A stretch of DNA of 64,000 nucleotides from Halomarina oriensis (GTDB lineage Archaea; Halobacteriota; Halobacteria; Halobacteriales; Haloarculaceae), in assembly GCF_009791395.1 (NCBI RefSeq), contig NZ_WSZK01000023.1, positions 22,665 through 86,664 on the forward strand, given 5' to 3'. Shown one piece after another: positions 33,746-44,032 of the stretch (position 1 is its first letter; each line of letters begins with the position of its first letter). The position numbers and the translations under genes are program-made. The notes under the pieces were generated by a model that was given only the letters and a program-made list of their open reading frames with translations, was not told the origin of the DNA and ran no database searches.

Positions 33746-35830
33746 CTACCGAATCTTCGTCCCCAGCGGCGCGTCGCCGTGGGTCGTCAGCAGGTCGGCC
33801 TCCTCGCCCGCGGCCAGAACCATCCCGTTGGACTCGGTGCCGAACAGTTCGGCCTTCTCCATGTTGGCGACGAGCACCACGCGCGTCCCCGGCAACGACT
33901 CGGCGTCGTGGAGTTGGCGCAGGCCGGCGACGACCTGTCGGGTCTCGACACCGATGTCGACCTCCAGTCTGAGGAGTTCGTCCGCGCCCTCGATGGGTTC
34001 GGCCGAGACGATTTCACCGACGCGCAGGTCGAGCGCCTGGAAGTCGCCGAAGCCGATGCGCTCGTCGGCGAGTGCCTCGACGTCGGTGTGGACGTCGACC
34101 GTCTCGGCGGCGTTGGCGGTGTCGTCGGTCTCGTCTCGGCCCGCGGCCTCCTCCTCGGCGGCCTCGGTCCGCTCGGCGAGTTTCTCGTTGAGTTCCTCGA
34201 CACGCTCGTCTTCGACCTTCTCGAACAGTTCCGTGGGGGCGTCGAAGGTGGCGGGCGGCGCGGTCAGTGCGTCGTCGAGCGTCGCGTCGGCGACACTCCC
34301 CGCCTCGTTCAACTGCGCCCAGACGCGGTCGGCCGCGGCGGGGGCGATAGGCTGGAACAGCACGGCGATGGCCTTCACGAGCTGGACGCAGTCGCGGATG
34401 ACCTGTGCGGCCTCCTCGGGTGACTCGTCGGTGAGCTTCCACGGCTCGTTGCGCTGGATGTACTCGTTGCCGAAGCGTGCGAGGTCGGTGACGGCGAGGC
34501 CGACCTTGCGGACGGAGTAGTCGTTGACGCCCGCCGCGAAGTCGTCGACGGCCGACTCGATGCGGTGGCGCACGTCGTCGCTGACCTCGGCCTCCGGCGT
34601 CCCCTCGTAGTTGCGCTGTGCGAACAGCAGCGAGCGGTAGACGAAGTTGCCGACGGTGCCGACGAGGTCGGAGTTGACCCGCTCTTGGAACTGCTCCCAC
34701 GAGAAGTCGAGGTCCTGCTGGAACCCGCTCTGGGTGGCGAGGTAGTACCGCAGGGCGTCGGGGTCGAACCCCTCGTCGAGGTACTCGCGCGCCCACACCG
34801 CGCGGTTCCGGGAGGTCGAGAACCCGTCGCCCGCGAGCGTGACGAACCCGCTGGCCATGACGGCACGCGGTTCGTTGTAGTCGACGCCGTGGAGCATCGC
34901 CGGCCAGAACACGGTGTGGTGCTGGATGATGTCGGGGCCGATGACGTGGACGATTTCACCGGCGTCCGTCCACACCTGTTCCCAGTCGTACGTCTCGCGG
35001 CCGACCCGCTCGGAGTAGTCCTTCGTCGAGGCGACGTACTCGATGGGTGCGTCGACCCAGACGTACAACACGAGGTCGGTCCCCTCCTCCGGGTAGTCGA
35101 TACCCCAGTCCATGTCGCGGGTGATACACCAGTCCTGCAGTTCGCCCTCTATCCACTCGCGGGGCTGGTTGCGGGCGTTCGAGGTGCCTTCGAGGCGGTC
35201 GATGAACTCCTGGAGGTACTCCTGGAACGCCGATAGTTCGAAGAACTTGTGTGTGCGTTCGCGGTACTCGGCCGGGTTGCCCGTGACGACGCTCGTCGGG
35301 TCTTCGACCTCGCCGGGTTCGAGGTGTCGCCCACAGCCCTCGTCGCACTCGTCGCCACGGGCCTTCTCGCCGCAGTACGGGCAGGTCCCCTCGACGTACC
35401 GGTCGGGGAGCGGTTGCTCCTCGGTGGGGTCCCACGCGACGAGGATCTCCTTCTCGTAGACGTAGCCCCGGTCGTCGAGCGTGCGCACGATCTCCTGGGT
35501 GAGTTCGACGTTCGACCGTTCTCGGGTGTGACCGTAGTTCTGGAAGTCGACGTTGAACCCCGCGAACGTCTCCTCGTACTGTTCGTGATAGCGCAGCGCG
35601 AACTCCTCGGGGTCGACGCCCTCCTGTTCGGCGTTGACCGCGATGGGCGTCCCGTGCATGTCCGACCCGCAGACGTAGGCGGTCTGCTGGCCGAGACGGC
35701 GGAGCGCGCGGGCGTAGATGTCCGCGCCGATGTTGCCTCGGAGGTGGCCGATGTGCAGGTCGCCGTTGGCGTAGGGCAACCCGCAGGTGACCACCGCCGG
35801 GTCGTCGGTCGGGAAGGTGTCGTGACTCAT
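33746..35830 (-). CDS. metG: Methionyl-tRNA synthetase with C-terminal tRNA-binding (EMAP/Trbp111-like) domain, 694 aa
   Basis: HIGH motif (GDLHIGHL), KMSKS-like region, zinc knuckle CPYCGEKARGDECDEGCG. C-terminal OB domain. Confidence 0.92.
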   Translation of the reverse strand: MSHDTFPTDDPAVVTCGLPYANGDLHIGHLRGNIGADIYARALRRLGQQTAYVCGSDMHGTPIAVNAEQEGVDPEEFALRYHEQYEETFAGFNVDFQNYGHTRERSNVELTQEIVRTLDDRGYVYEKEILVAWDPTEEQPLPDRYVEGTCPYCGEKARGDECDEGCGRHLEPGEVEDPTSVVTGNPAEYRERTHKFFELSAFQEYLQEFIDRLEGTSNARNQPREWIEGELQDWCITRDMDWGIDYPEEGTDLVLYVWVDAPIEYVASTKDYSERVGRETYDWEQVWTDAGEIVHVIGPDIIQHHTVFWPAMLHGVDYNEPRAVMASGFVTLAGDGFSTSRNRAVWAREYLDEGFDPDALRYYLATQSGFQQDLDFSWEQFQERVNSDLVGTVGNFVYRSLLFAQRNYEGTPEAEVSDDVRHRIESAVDDFAAGVNDYSVRKVGLAVTDLARFGNEYIQRNEPWKLTDESPEEAAQVIRDCVQLVKAIAVLFQPIAPAAADRVWAQLNEAGSVADATLDDALTAPPATFDAPTELFEKVEDERVEELNEKLAERTEAAEEEAAGRDETDDTANAAETVDVHTDVEALADERIGFGDFQALDLRVGEIVSAEPIEGADELLRLEVDIGVETRQVVAGLRQLHDAESLPGTRVVLVANMEKAELFGTESNGMVLAAGEEADLLTTHGDAPLGTKIR

Positions 35831-36102
35831 ACGTGCGATGCCTCCTGGACGGGCCTAAAGCCCGCCGATTTCGGGTGTTGGTGTGTCGTGATACGCATCG
35901 TTCCGGGTGAACTGCGAGACGGTCTGCCGACGGTACGAGAAAGGTGCGGCGGGTTCACGCCACCGAACGACCGTATGAGGGTCCAGCGTGACGATTCACC
36001 GACGCAGCGACGGCTCCATCCGCATCGAGCGAGTTCGAGAGAGCCGTGCTGTGGGCACGGTCGTACCGAGTCGACGGACGGACAAAAGTCGGTCGGCGGC
36101 GG

Positions 36103-36690
36103 TCACTGGAGGAACTCGCCGCCGTGAGCGACGATGTCGACGCCCGCGGCGTAGAGGAGGATGGTGACGAGCAGGCGACCGACGCTGCCGACGAACGTCG
36201 CGGCGGCGAACTTCGGGTAGTCCTCCTCCAACACCGTGAACGCGTAGATGGAGAGCGTATCGGGGAAGAAGGGCACCGACAGCGCCACTGCGAGGCCGAT
36301 ATAGCCCCACTTCCGGGCGATTTCGACGGTACGACGTTCGGACCACGCGACCACGTCGAACCGCGAACGCTGGAGGGCGCGGGTGATGGGGCCGTACTCC
36401 TTGGCCTCGTTGCCGATCTTCAGTGCGACGACGCTGCCGGCGGCCTTCCCGAGGCCGCTGACGAGCATGATGATGGCGTAGGTCCCCCACGTGCCGAGAC
36501 CGAGGTCCAGCGGTGCGGCGAGGACCACCTCGCTCGGTAACGGCAGGACGATGGCGATGAGGAAGGAGTAGACGGCGATGATGAGTAGCCCTGCCGGACC
36601 GGTCGCGGTCTCCACGGCTACCTGCAGTGCGTCGAGCAGACCGCTCTGGAGCGCCTGAAACACCGTGGCGAGCAGGGCGACGAGGTTCAC
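36103..36690 (-). CDS. DedA/SNARE-associated (YqaA-like) small membrane protein, 195 aa
   Basis: Motif VYSFLIAIVLPLPSEVVL typical of PF09335. Confidence 0.72.
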   Translation of the reverse strand: MNLVALLATVFQALQSGLLDALQVAVETATGPAGLLIIAVYSFLIAIVLPLPSEVVLAAPLDLGLGTWGTYAIIMLVSGLGKAAGSVVALKIGNEAKEYGPITRALQRSRFDVVAWSERRTVEIARKWGYIGLAVALSVPFFPDTLSIYAFTVLEEDYPKFAAATFVGSVGRLLVTILLYAAGVDIVAHGGEFLQ

Positions 36691-36799
36691 ACTTCCGTCT
36701 TCGGGGGTTCGGCTGTAAGCCTTACGTGAAACAGGCGTAGCCTCACCGCCGCCGACCGGCTACGTGTGTTACCCCGACCGGCGAACCGCCACCGAAGAG

Positions 36800-37861
36800 C
36801 TACCCGAGACGGTCCAGGTCGGCGAGGACGGACGTGAGCGCCCCGCGCGTGACGTGGGGCATGACGACGACACGCGCCTCGCCCGACCCGGTCTTCGAGA
36901 GTCGCCACCCGGCCTCCCGAAGCGTCCCGATGGTCGCCTCGGGGAGGGCGGCGGCCACCAGCGGGAGGGTCGGGTCGACCACGTCGTAGCCGCGTTCCCG
37001 GAGTTCGTCGGCGAACCACTCGGCGAGGGCCTGTGCGCGTTCGTACTCCGTGCGGTAGCCGTCGGCCCACAGTTCGCGCATCGCGGCGACGGCGCTGGCG
37101 ACGCCCGCCCCCGAACGGGTACCCGTCAGCGTCACCTGCCCCGTCGATTCGAGGTACGGTGTGTCGACGGCGAGCGTGTCGAACAGTGCCGACGAGCGAG
37201 CGAGCAGGCCGCCGGCGGGGATAGCCGCCTGCCCGAGTTTGTGCGGGTCGATGGTCATCGTGTCGACGGCGGCATCGGCGAAGTCCCACGCGTACTCGGT
37301 GAACGGCAGGGCGAACCCGCCCCACGCGGCGTCGACGTGGAACAGCGCGTCGGCCTCCTCGGCCAGCGCCGCGAGGTCCGGGATGGGGTCGACGCGGCCG
37401 TACTCCGTCGACCCGGCGACGCCGACGACGCCCACCGTATCCGCGTCGACGAGGGCGGCCATCGCGTCGAGGTCCGCGCGGTAGTCCTCGTCCAGTGGTG
37501 CGCGTCGCAACTCGACACTCAGCAGGTCCGCCGCTTTGCTGAACGAGAAGTGGGCGTGGTCGGGGACGACGACGTTCGGCCGGTCGACGGCGTCGCGCGT
37601 GCGGTTCCGGGCGATGCGAATCGCCTGGATGTTCGCCTCGGTGCCGCCGGAGGTGACGTAGCCCGTCGGGTCGGGGAGACGCGTGACCTCGCCGAGCAGG
37701 TCGACGGCCTCGCGTTCGAGGTCCGCGACCGTCCCGTAGGTGCCGGGGTCGCCGGGGTTCGTCGCCAGGAATCGTTCCGCCGCCGCACGCGCCGCTGGAT
37801 GGGGTTCGGTGCACATCGACGACAGCACCCGCGCGAACTCCTGCGGTTCCGGCCGCTGCAT
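36800..37861 (-). CDS. mfnA: PLP-dependent group II decarboxylase of the MfnA type (L-tyrosine/L-aspartate decarboxylase), 353 aa
   Basis: Fold-type I PLP enzyme with lysine region [10 protein letters not shown]. Length and N-terminus are typical of archaeal MfnA. Start at internal Met MQRPEPQEF (ATG 37861). Confidence 0.72.
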   Translation of the reverse strand: MQRPEPQEFARVLSSMCTEPHPAARAAAERFLATNPGDPGTYGTVADLEREAVDLLGEVTRLPDPTGYVTSGGTEANIQAIRIARNRTRDAVDRPNVVVPDHAHFSFSKAADLLSVELRRAPLDEDYRADLDAMAALVDADTVGVVGVAGSTEYGRVDPIPDLAALAEEADALFHVDAAWGGFALPFTEYAWDFADAAVDTMTIDPHKLGQAAIPAGGLLARSSALFDTLAVDTPYLESTGQVTLTGTRSGAGVASAVAAMRELWADGYRTEYERAQALAEWFADELRERGYDVVDPTLPLVAAALPEATIGTLREAGWRLSKTGSGEARVVVMPHVTRGALTSVLADLDRLG

Positions 37862-37910
37862 TACCTCTCCGTACCGGGTACGCTCGTTTATCCGTTGCGT
37901 TGTCGGACCG

Positions 37911-38807
37911 TCAGGTCGGCGTACTCGTCTGTACCGGTTCCTCCGTCGGCGTCGCCGCCGCCAGTGCCCGCGCGGCCCACTCCGGTTGCTCGAACTCGAC
38001 GCCGCCCTGCCGGACGACCTCGTACGTGATCGCGAGGTCCCGGCGCTCGCCACGGAGGTCGTACGTCGCCGACAGTTCGAGCGACCGGACGACCCCGGAC
38101 TCGCTCACGACGACCGTCGCATCGTACTCCTCGTAGTCGCTCGACCCACGGACGAACAGGTCCGAGTCGTTCTCGACGGCCAACTCGTCGGCGGTGAGCG
38201 TCACGAGCGTCGTCCCGTTTCGCGTCGTCGTCTCCTGGACGGTGAAGTTGCCCGATTCGAGGTACGCTCGGAGCGAGCGCTGGGAGACGAGACTGGAGAC
38301 CGGTTCGGACTCCCCGACGCTCGGCGGCCGGACCACCTCGTCGCCCTGGAGCGCCCGGAACACGCGCACCGAGTCGTTACCCCAGGCCTGAAGCCGGAAG
38401 CCGGTCGCGGAGTCCGTCTGCTGGTAGCGGTACGGACTGCCCCCCTCGCCCGCGACCACCTGCTGGACGATAGCCGTCCGGGCGACCTGCGAGGAGTTCG
38501 GCCCCGTCGGGACGACGACGCTCGCGTTCTGGACGCGCCGGGTCTCGAAACTGCTCGCCGTGAGTGCTTCCGCGTGTGCGGTGGCGAGCGCCTCCGCGTC
38601 GACGAGTCGACCGTCCTCGACACCGGGGACCGCCACGTCACCGGCCGTTCCGGTCGGCGAGCCGTCGGTCGGGACGGGAGACGGTGATTCACCGGGGGCG
38701 GTGGTCGGCGACTGCTCGCCACCGCCGGGGAGCGAACACCCGGCGGTGACGAGCAACAGCGCCACCACGAGGGCAGGGAGGGCGCGTCGGAAGCCTCTGA
38801 GTCGCAT
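37911..38807 (-). CDS. Secreted lipoprotein (lipobox LVTAGC), probable glycoprotein, 299 aa
   Basis: Signal peptide [25 protein letters not shown]. Several N-x-S/T sequons. Thr/Pro-rich C-terminal linker. Confidence 0.6.
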   Translation of the reverse strand: MRLRGFRRALPALVVALLLVTAGCSLPGGGEQSPTTAPGESPSPVPTDGSPTGTAGDVAVPGVEDGRLVDAEALATAHAEALTASSFETRRVQNASVVVPTGPNSSQVARTAIVQQVVAGEGGSPYRYQQTDSATGFRLQAWGNDSVRVFRALQGDEVVRPPSVGESEPVSSLVSQRSLRAYLESGNFTVQETTTRNGTTLVTLTADELAVENDSDLFVRGSSDYEEYDATVVVSESGVVRSLELSATYDLRGERRDLAITYEVVRQGGVEFEQPEWAARALAAATPTEEPVQTSTPT

Positions 38808-38918
38808 GTCCTGTCGTGTGGCGGGCGAGCGCAAAAACTCGGGGGGTTTCGAGCCGGCCGGAAGGTGGAGACGTCCGCAGGGCGGGGGCGGCGGTGTCCG
38901 CCACGCCGATCGGCAGCG

Positions 38919-41205
38919 TTACCGAACCGAGTCCAGCAGCAACTGCTGTTCGACGCGCTTGACCTCGTGTTGGACGTCGCGGACCGCGTCGATGTTCGCC
39001 GAGATGGAGGAGATGCCGGCGTTGACGAGGTAGCGAATCATCTTGGGCTTCGACCCCGCCTGCCCGCAGATGCTCGTGTTGACGCCGTGTTCGCGGCAAG
39101 TAGCGATGGTCTCGCCGATGAGTTTCAGCACGCCGGGGTGGAGTTCGTCGAACCGGTCGGCGACGTTGCCGTTGTTCCGGTCGACGGCGAGCGTGTACTG
39201 CGTCAGGTCGTTCGTCCCGAAGGAGGCGAAGTCGATACCCGCCTCGGCCATCTCCTCGACGCAGAGCGCGCTTGCGGGCGTCTCTATCATGACGCCCCAC
39301 GAGCGCTTCTCGGGGTCGATGCCGGCCTGCTCCATCAGGTTCCGCGCCTGAATCACGTCCTCGGCGTCGTTGACGAGCGGGAACATGACCTCGACGTTGT
39401 CGTAGCCCATGTCGTAGAGACGGCGGAACGCCTCCAGTTCGTGGGCGAACACGTCGGGCGTGTCGAGCGAGCGGCGAATCCCGCGGTAGCCGAGCATCGG
39501 GTTGTGCTCTTTGGGTTCGTCCTCGCCGCCCTGCAACTGGCGGAACTCGTCGGTCGGCGCGTCGAGCGTGCGGACCCGGACCGGTCGCGGGTAGAACTCG
39601 TCGGCGACGGTCTGGATGCCGTCGACGATCTCCTCGACGTACTCGTCGGCCCCGTGGTCGCGGATGTAGCGTTCGGGCGTCTTGTTCGTCGAGAGGATCA
39701 TGTGCTCGACGCGGAGCAGGCCGACGCCGTCCGCGCCCGTCACGGCCGCGCGGTGGGCCGCTTCGGGGATGGAGACGTTGACCTTCACCTCCGTCGCCGT
39801 CATCGGCTTGACGGGGTTCTGCGGGCGCACGTCGTCGAGCGGGTCGGCCTCCTCCTCCTTGGAGGCGACCTTGCCGCTGCGAATCGTACCCTTGTCGCCG
39901 TCGAGCGTGATGACCTGGCCGTCGTCGAGCTGGCTGGTCGCGCTGGACGTGCCGACGACCGCGGGCACACCGAGTTCACGCGAGACGATGGCGGCGTGGG
40001 AGGTCATCCCCCCTTCGTCGGTGATGATGCCCGCCGCGCGCTTCATCGCGGGGACCATGTCGGGCGTCGTCATCTCGGTGACGATGATGTCGCCCTCGCC
40101 GACCTTGTCGAGTTCGTCGAGTTTGTCGACGATGCGGACGGGCCCGGAGGCGATGCCGGGACTCGCACCGAGACCCTTCAGGATGACCTCGTTGTCGTCC
40201 TCCGCTTCCATCTGCACCCCGCTCCCGTCGGTGGCGCTCGCCGCGGCGCTCCCGCCGGACCCGGAGATGGTCGTGATGGGCCGGGACTGGAGCATGTAGA
40301 CCTCGCCCTCGAAGACCGCCCACTCGACGTCCTGCGGGGTGCCGTAGTGGTCCTCGACCTGTCGGCCGAGTTCGACGAGGCGCTCTATCTCGCTCTCGTC
40401 GAGCACCTGCTGGTTGCGCATGTCGTCGGGGGACCGGACGCTCGACGGTCTCGCCCGTCTCGGCGTCTTTCTCCATCAGGATCTTCTTGTCGGCGACGGT
40501 GACCTCCTCGACGGTGGCCGTCTCGCGCTCGACGACGTAGTTGTCCGGCGAGACGGAACCGCTGACGACGGCCTCGCCGAGACCCCACGCCGCCTCGATG
40601 ATGATCTCCGGGTCGCCCGTCGAGGGGTGAGAGGTGAACATCACGCCCGACTTCTCGGCGTCGACCATCCGCTGGACGACGACGGCGATGTCGACGATGT
40701 CGTGGTCGAACCCCTGCTCCTCGCGGTAGTAGATGGCACGCTGGGTGAACAGCGACGCCCAGCACTCCTTGACGCGCTGGACGAGGTCCTCGCGGGTGAT
40801 GTTGAGGAACGTCTCCTGTTGCCCGGCGAAACTCGCGTCGGGCAGGTCCTCGGCGGTCGCCGACGAGCGGACCGCGACGAACGCCTTCCCGTCGCCCAGG
40901 TCGTCGTAGGCGTCGAGGATGCCCTGTCGCATCTCCTCGGGGATGTCGGTCTCGAGGATGAGTTCTTCGGCGCGTTTCGACGCCTGCGCCAGCGCCTTCG
41001 AGTCGTCGCTGTCGACGTCGACGGCCGCGAACAGTTCCTCGTCGATACCGGTCTCCTCGATGAACGACCGATACGTCCCCGCCGTCACCACGAATCCGGG
41101 AGGGACGGGGAGGCCCGCGCCCGTCAACTCGCCGAGCGACGCACCTTTTCCACCGACGGCAGCGAGGTCGTCGGACCCCACATCGTCGAGCCAGAGTACA
41201 GCCAT
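38919..41205 (-). pseudogene. ppsA: Phosphoenolpyruvate synthase (PEP-utilizing enzyme, about 760 aa) interrupted by a +1 frameshift in a G5 homopolymer (40428-40432). Either a pseudogene or a sequencing error.
   Basis: Listed ORFs 39976..41205 (N-terminal ATP-grasp/PEP-utilizer) and 38919..40421 (phospho-His domain GGMTSHAAIVSRELGVP, TIM-barrel C-terminus) are contiguous parts of one enzyme. Removing one G joins ...GETVERPVP to DDMRNQQVLDE... Confidence 0.8.
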
Positions 41206-41358
41206 TGCGTATCGGGTCCGTCTACGGAATCGTTAAAGAACCTTCCGAACCTCCCAACCGTTTCCCAACCCGTAACGCCGTGGTAGCAGTTCGCTACTCG
41301 TCGAAATCACATAGTACACCGAAGTACGTAACGCCGTAGTTCGGAGCGGCGTGGGCGG

Positions 41359-42255
41359 TTAGGCGACGACGATGTCCTCGTCGTCGGCGTCGGGTATCGC
41401 CAACTCGCCGTCGAGCGACACGACCGCCCGACCACCGACGCGAATCTCCTCGGCGGCCCGGACGCGAATCCGCCCCGGCCGGTCGAGGAAGTGCCCCTGT
41501 TCGTAGACGAGGTCCGCGTAGGAGTCCAGCGCGTCGTGTGCGCGGAGGTACGCCGTCACCGCGCCGCTGGCGGTTCCGGTACAGGGGTCCTCGGGCACGC
41601 CCGCGCCGGGCGCGAACATGCGTCCGTGGAGCGTGGCGTCCGGGTCGATGGTATCGAACGTGAACGCGTAGACGCCCGTCGCGTCCACCTCCTCACAGAG
41701 CGCCTCGACGGCGGCCATGTCCGGGTCGGCTCCCCCGAGTTCGTCGAGATAGGTGACCGGCACACAGAGGAAGCCCAGACCCGTCGACGCCCACCCGAGC
41801 GGTAGGTCCGCTTCGAGGTCGGTCAGCGCGTCGAGGTCGACGCCCACTGCGGCCGCCACCTCCTCGTAGCTCACGTCCACGTCGTGGGCCTCCGGTGGGG
41901 CCTGCGTCATCCACACGCTCCCGTCGGCCGCCACCTCGACGTCGAGGACGCCGACGTTCGTCGAGAGCGTGTGCGTGCCGGCGTCGATGGCCTCGGCCTG
42001 GTGGAGGAAGGCGTGGCTGGCGATGGTCGCGTGACCACAGAGGTCGACCTCCGTCTCGGGGGTGAAGTAGCGAATCCGGCGGTCGGCCTCCTCGCTGTCG
42101 GTGAGGAAGGCCGTCTCGCTGGCGTGCAGTTCGCGTGCGACCGCCTGCATCTGGTCGGCGTCGAGGCCGTCGGCGTCGGGGACCAGTCCGGCGGCGTTGC
42201 CGGTGAGGGCGTCGGTCGTGAACGCGTCGACGATGAGTGCGCGTCGGGTGTCCAT
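41359..42255 (-). CDS. PhzF-family (phenazine-biosynthesis-like) isomerase/epimerase fold protein, about 299 aa
   Basis: Diaminopimelate-epimerase-like duplicated fold. FTPETEVDLCGHATIA is a PhzF hallmark. Internal Met MDTRRALIVDAF. Confidence 0.75.
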   Translation of the reverse strand: MDTRRALIVDAFTTDALTGNAAGLVPDADGLDADQMQAVARELHASETAFLTDSEEADRRIRYFTPETEVDLCGHATIASHAFLHQAEAIDAGTHTLSTNVGVLDVEVAADGSVWMTQAPPEAHDVDVSYEEVAAAVGVDLDALTDLEADLPLGWASTGLGFLCVPVTYLDELGGADPDMAAVEALCEEVDATGVYAFTFDTIDPDATLHGRMFAPGAGVPEDPCTGTASGAVTAYLRAHDALDSYADLVYEQGHFLDRPGRIRVRAAEEIRVGGRAVVSLDGELAIPDADDEDIVVA

Positions 42256-42374
42256 ACCGCCCCCATCGGTTGGCGGCGGTTTCAATGGCGGGGCCGGTGG
42301 GCCGGCGGAGTCGCTGTACCGACGAGTCACCGGGAGAGCGGCCGCGAGCGTCGGCGGGGCCGACGGGCGTGCCG

Positions 42375-42638
42375 TCAGTCGTGGACGACGACCTCCCCGC
42401 TCCCCGTGTCGATGACGTGGACCGAGTGGGGGTCGTCCTCGTAGGTCGTCAGTGCCGCGTGGGTCCGTGCGTCGTCCTCTGCCAGCGCGAACGCCGACCG
42501 AGCGGTGGCCGACCGGACGATTCGCGCCCAGTCACACGTCTCACAGTACACCCACGACCGTCCGGTTCCCCCGAGTTCCTGCTCGTTGCTACCAGTAGTC
42601 ATGGTAGACGACCACATCCGAGGAGTCTTGTCGTTCAC
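42375..42638 (-). CDS. Small putative zinc-binding protein (CETCDW...H...H), 76-87 aa
   Basis: Short GC3-rich ORF between phzF and the PPOX gene. No recognisable family. Confidence 0.35.
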   Translation of the reverse strand: MNDKTPRMWSSTMTTGSNEQELGGTGRSWVYCETCDWARIVRSATARSAFALAEDDARTHAALTTYEDDPHSVHVIDTGSGEVVVHD

Positions 42639-42766
42639 GTCTACACGTGTAGACCCGACGGACGGGCGTCTGCCACTCGTCGGCCGCGTGTCGGACGGTC
42701 GCTGCCCGACCGGTGACCGGTGTGTGCCGGAGCGAGGGTTTTGGTCGCGCGGCCCCTCTCGAACAC

Positions 42767-43159
42767 ATGAGCGACGCCGTCCCGCCCGAGGCCGAACGAC
42801 GACTGACCGGGGAACCGGAGACCGCCCACCTCGCGACGTGCGTCGACGGACGACCGCACGTCGCGCCGCTGTGGTTCCACTACGCCGACGGTGTTGTCGA
42901 ACTCGTCACGAGCGGTCGGAAACTCGACAACCTGCGGGCGAACCCGAAGGTGTCGCTAGCGGTCGAACGCTCGACCGACGGCGTGCCGAAGTGGACGGTG
43001 ACGCTGTTCGGCACGGCGACGGTCGTCGAGGACCCGGCGAAGACCCGCGAGGCCAACCACCGCATCAACCGCCGATACGGCGTCCCCGAGGACGCCTGGG
43101 AGGACGAGAACACCCTCGTCCGTATCGACGTCGGGTCGGCCAGCTATCGGACGTACTGA
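42767..43159 (+). CDS. Pyridoxamine 5'-phosphate oxidase-family split-barrel protein, 130 aa
   Basis: TAHLATCVDGRPHVAPLWF...KVSLAVE split-barrel pattern. Internal Met MSDAVPPE of listed ORF 42713..43159. Confidence 0.68.
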   Translation: MSDAVPPEAERRLTGEPETAHLATCVDGRPHVAPLWFHYADGVVELVTSGRKLDNLRANPKVSLAVERSTDGVPKWTVTLFGTATVVEDPAKTREANHRINRRYGVPEDAWEDENTLVRIDVGSASYRTY

Positions 43160-43258
43160 GCCGGGAGCGGGCCGCGGACGACGGCCGTGTTCGTCTGCCA
43201 CACGCCGCGACGCCGCCTGTAAACCCTTATGGTCGGGCGCGGGCGACAGTCGAGCGGA

Positions 43259-43951
43259 ATGAGCGACCTCCCGGACGATTTCAAGTGTACGATCACCAAC
43301 TGGGACTACATCTACGACCTCTGCCGAGAGGTGAGCGAGGAGGTCAAACGCGCGGAGTTCGAACCGGAAGTGGTCGTCGCCCTCGCGCGTGGCGGCTGGT
43401 TCGCGGGGCGCTGTCTCTGTGATTTCCTCGGCCTCGACGACCTGGCGAGCCTGAAGATGGAACACTACGTCGGCACCGCCCAGAAGTCGGGCGAACCGAC
43501 CGTCCGCTACCCGATGCCCGAAGGGAGCGTCGAAGGGAAGAACGTCCTCATCATCGACGACATCGCCGACACCGGTGGCTCCATCGAGCGCGCCGAGGAG
43601 TACGTCGGCGAGCGCAACCCCGGCGAGGTCCGCACCGCCACGCTCCAACTGCTCCAGACCAGCGAGTTCGAACCGGACTTCATCGGCGAGCGCCTCGAAG
43701 AGTGGACGTGGATGGTCTACCCGTGGAACTTCATCGAGGACATGACCGACGTCGTCTCGGGCGTGATGGACCGCGACGACGACGGCCCCTACACCCAGGA
43801 GGACGTCCGCCACCTGCTCAACGAGTACCACCAGGTCGAGCGCATCGAGATGGAGATCGCCCAGCCCGGCCGGATGAACGAGGTCCTCTTGGAGATGGAG
43901 CGACGCGGCGTCCTCACCTCCTCGGGCGGCGGCTGGGAACTGGCCGACTGA
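43259..43951 (+). CDS. Phosphoribosyltransferase (purine PRTase type I fold), 230 aa
   Basis: PRPP-binding motif VLIIDDIADTGGS. Internal Met MSDLPDDF. Confidence 0.75.
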   Translation: MSDLPDDFKCTITNWDYIYDLCREVSEEVKRAEFEPEVVVALARGGWFAGRCLCDFLGLDDLASLKMEHYVGTAQKSGEPTVRYPMPEGSVEGKNVLIIDDIADTGGSIERAEEYVGERNPGEVRTATLQLLQTSEFEPDFIGERLEEWTWMVYPWNFIEDMTDVVSGVMDRDDDGPYTQEDVRHLLNEYHQVERIEMEIAQPGRMNEVLLEMERRGVLTSSGGGWELAD

Positions 43952-44032
43952 GGCGCACGCCACGCCGCGGGGGCCGAGCGCTCGTGAACCGTCGACCGGC
44001 GCGTTTACGCCGCGAGCACTCGACGCTCACCC

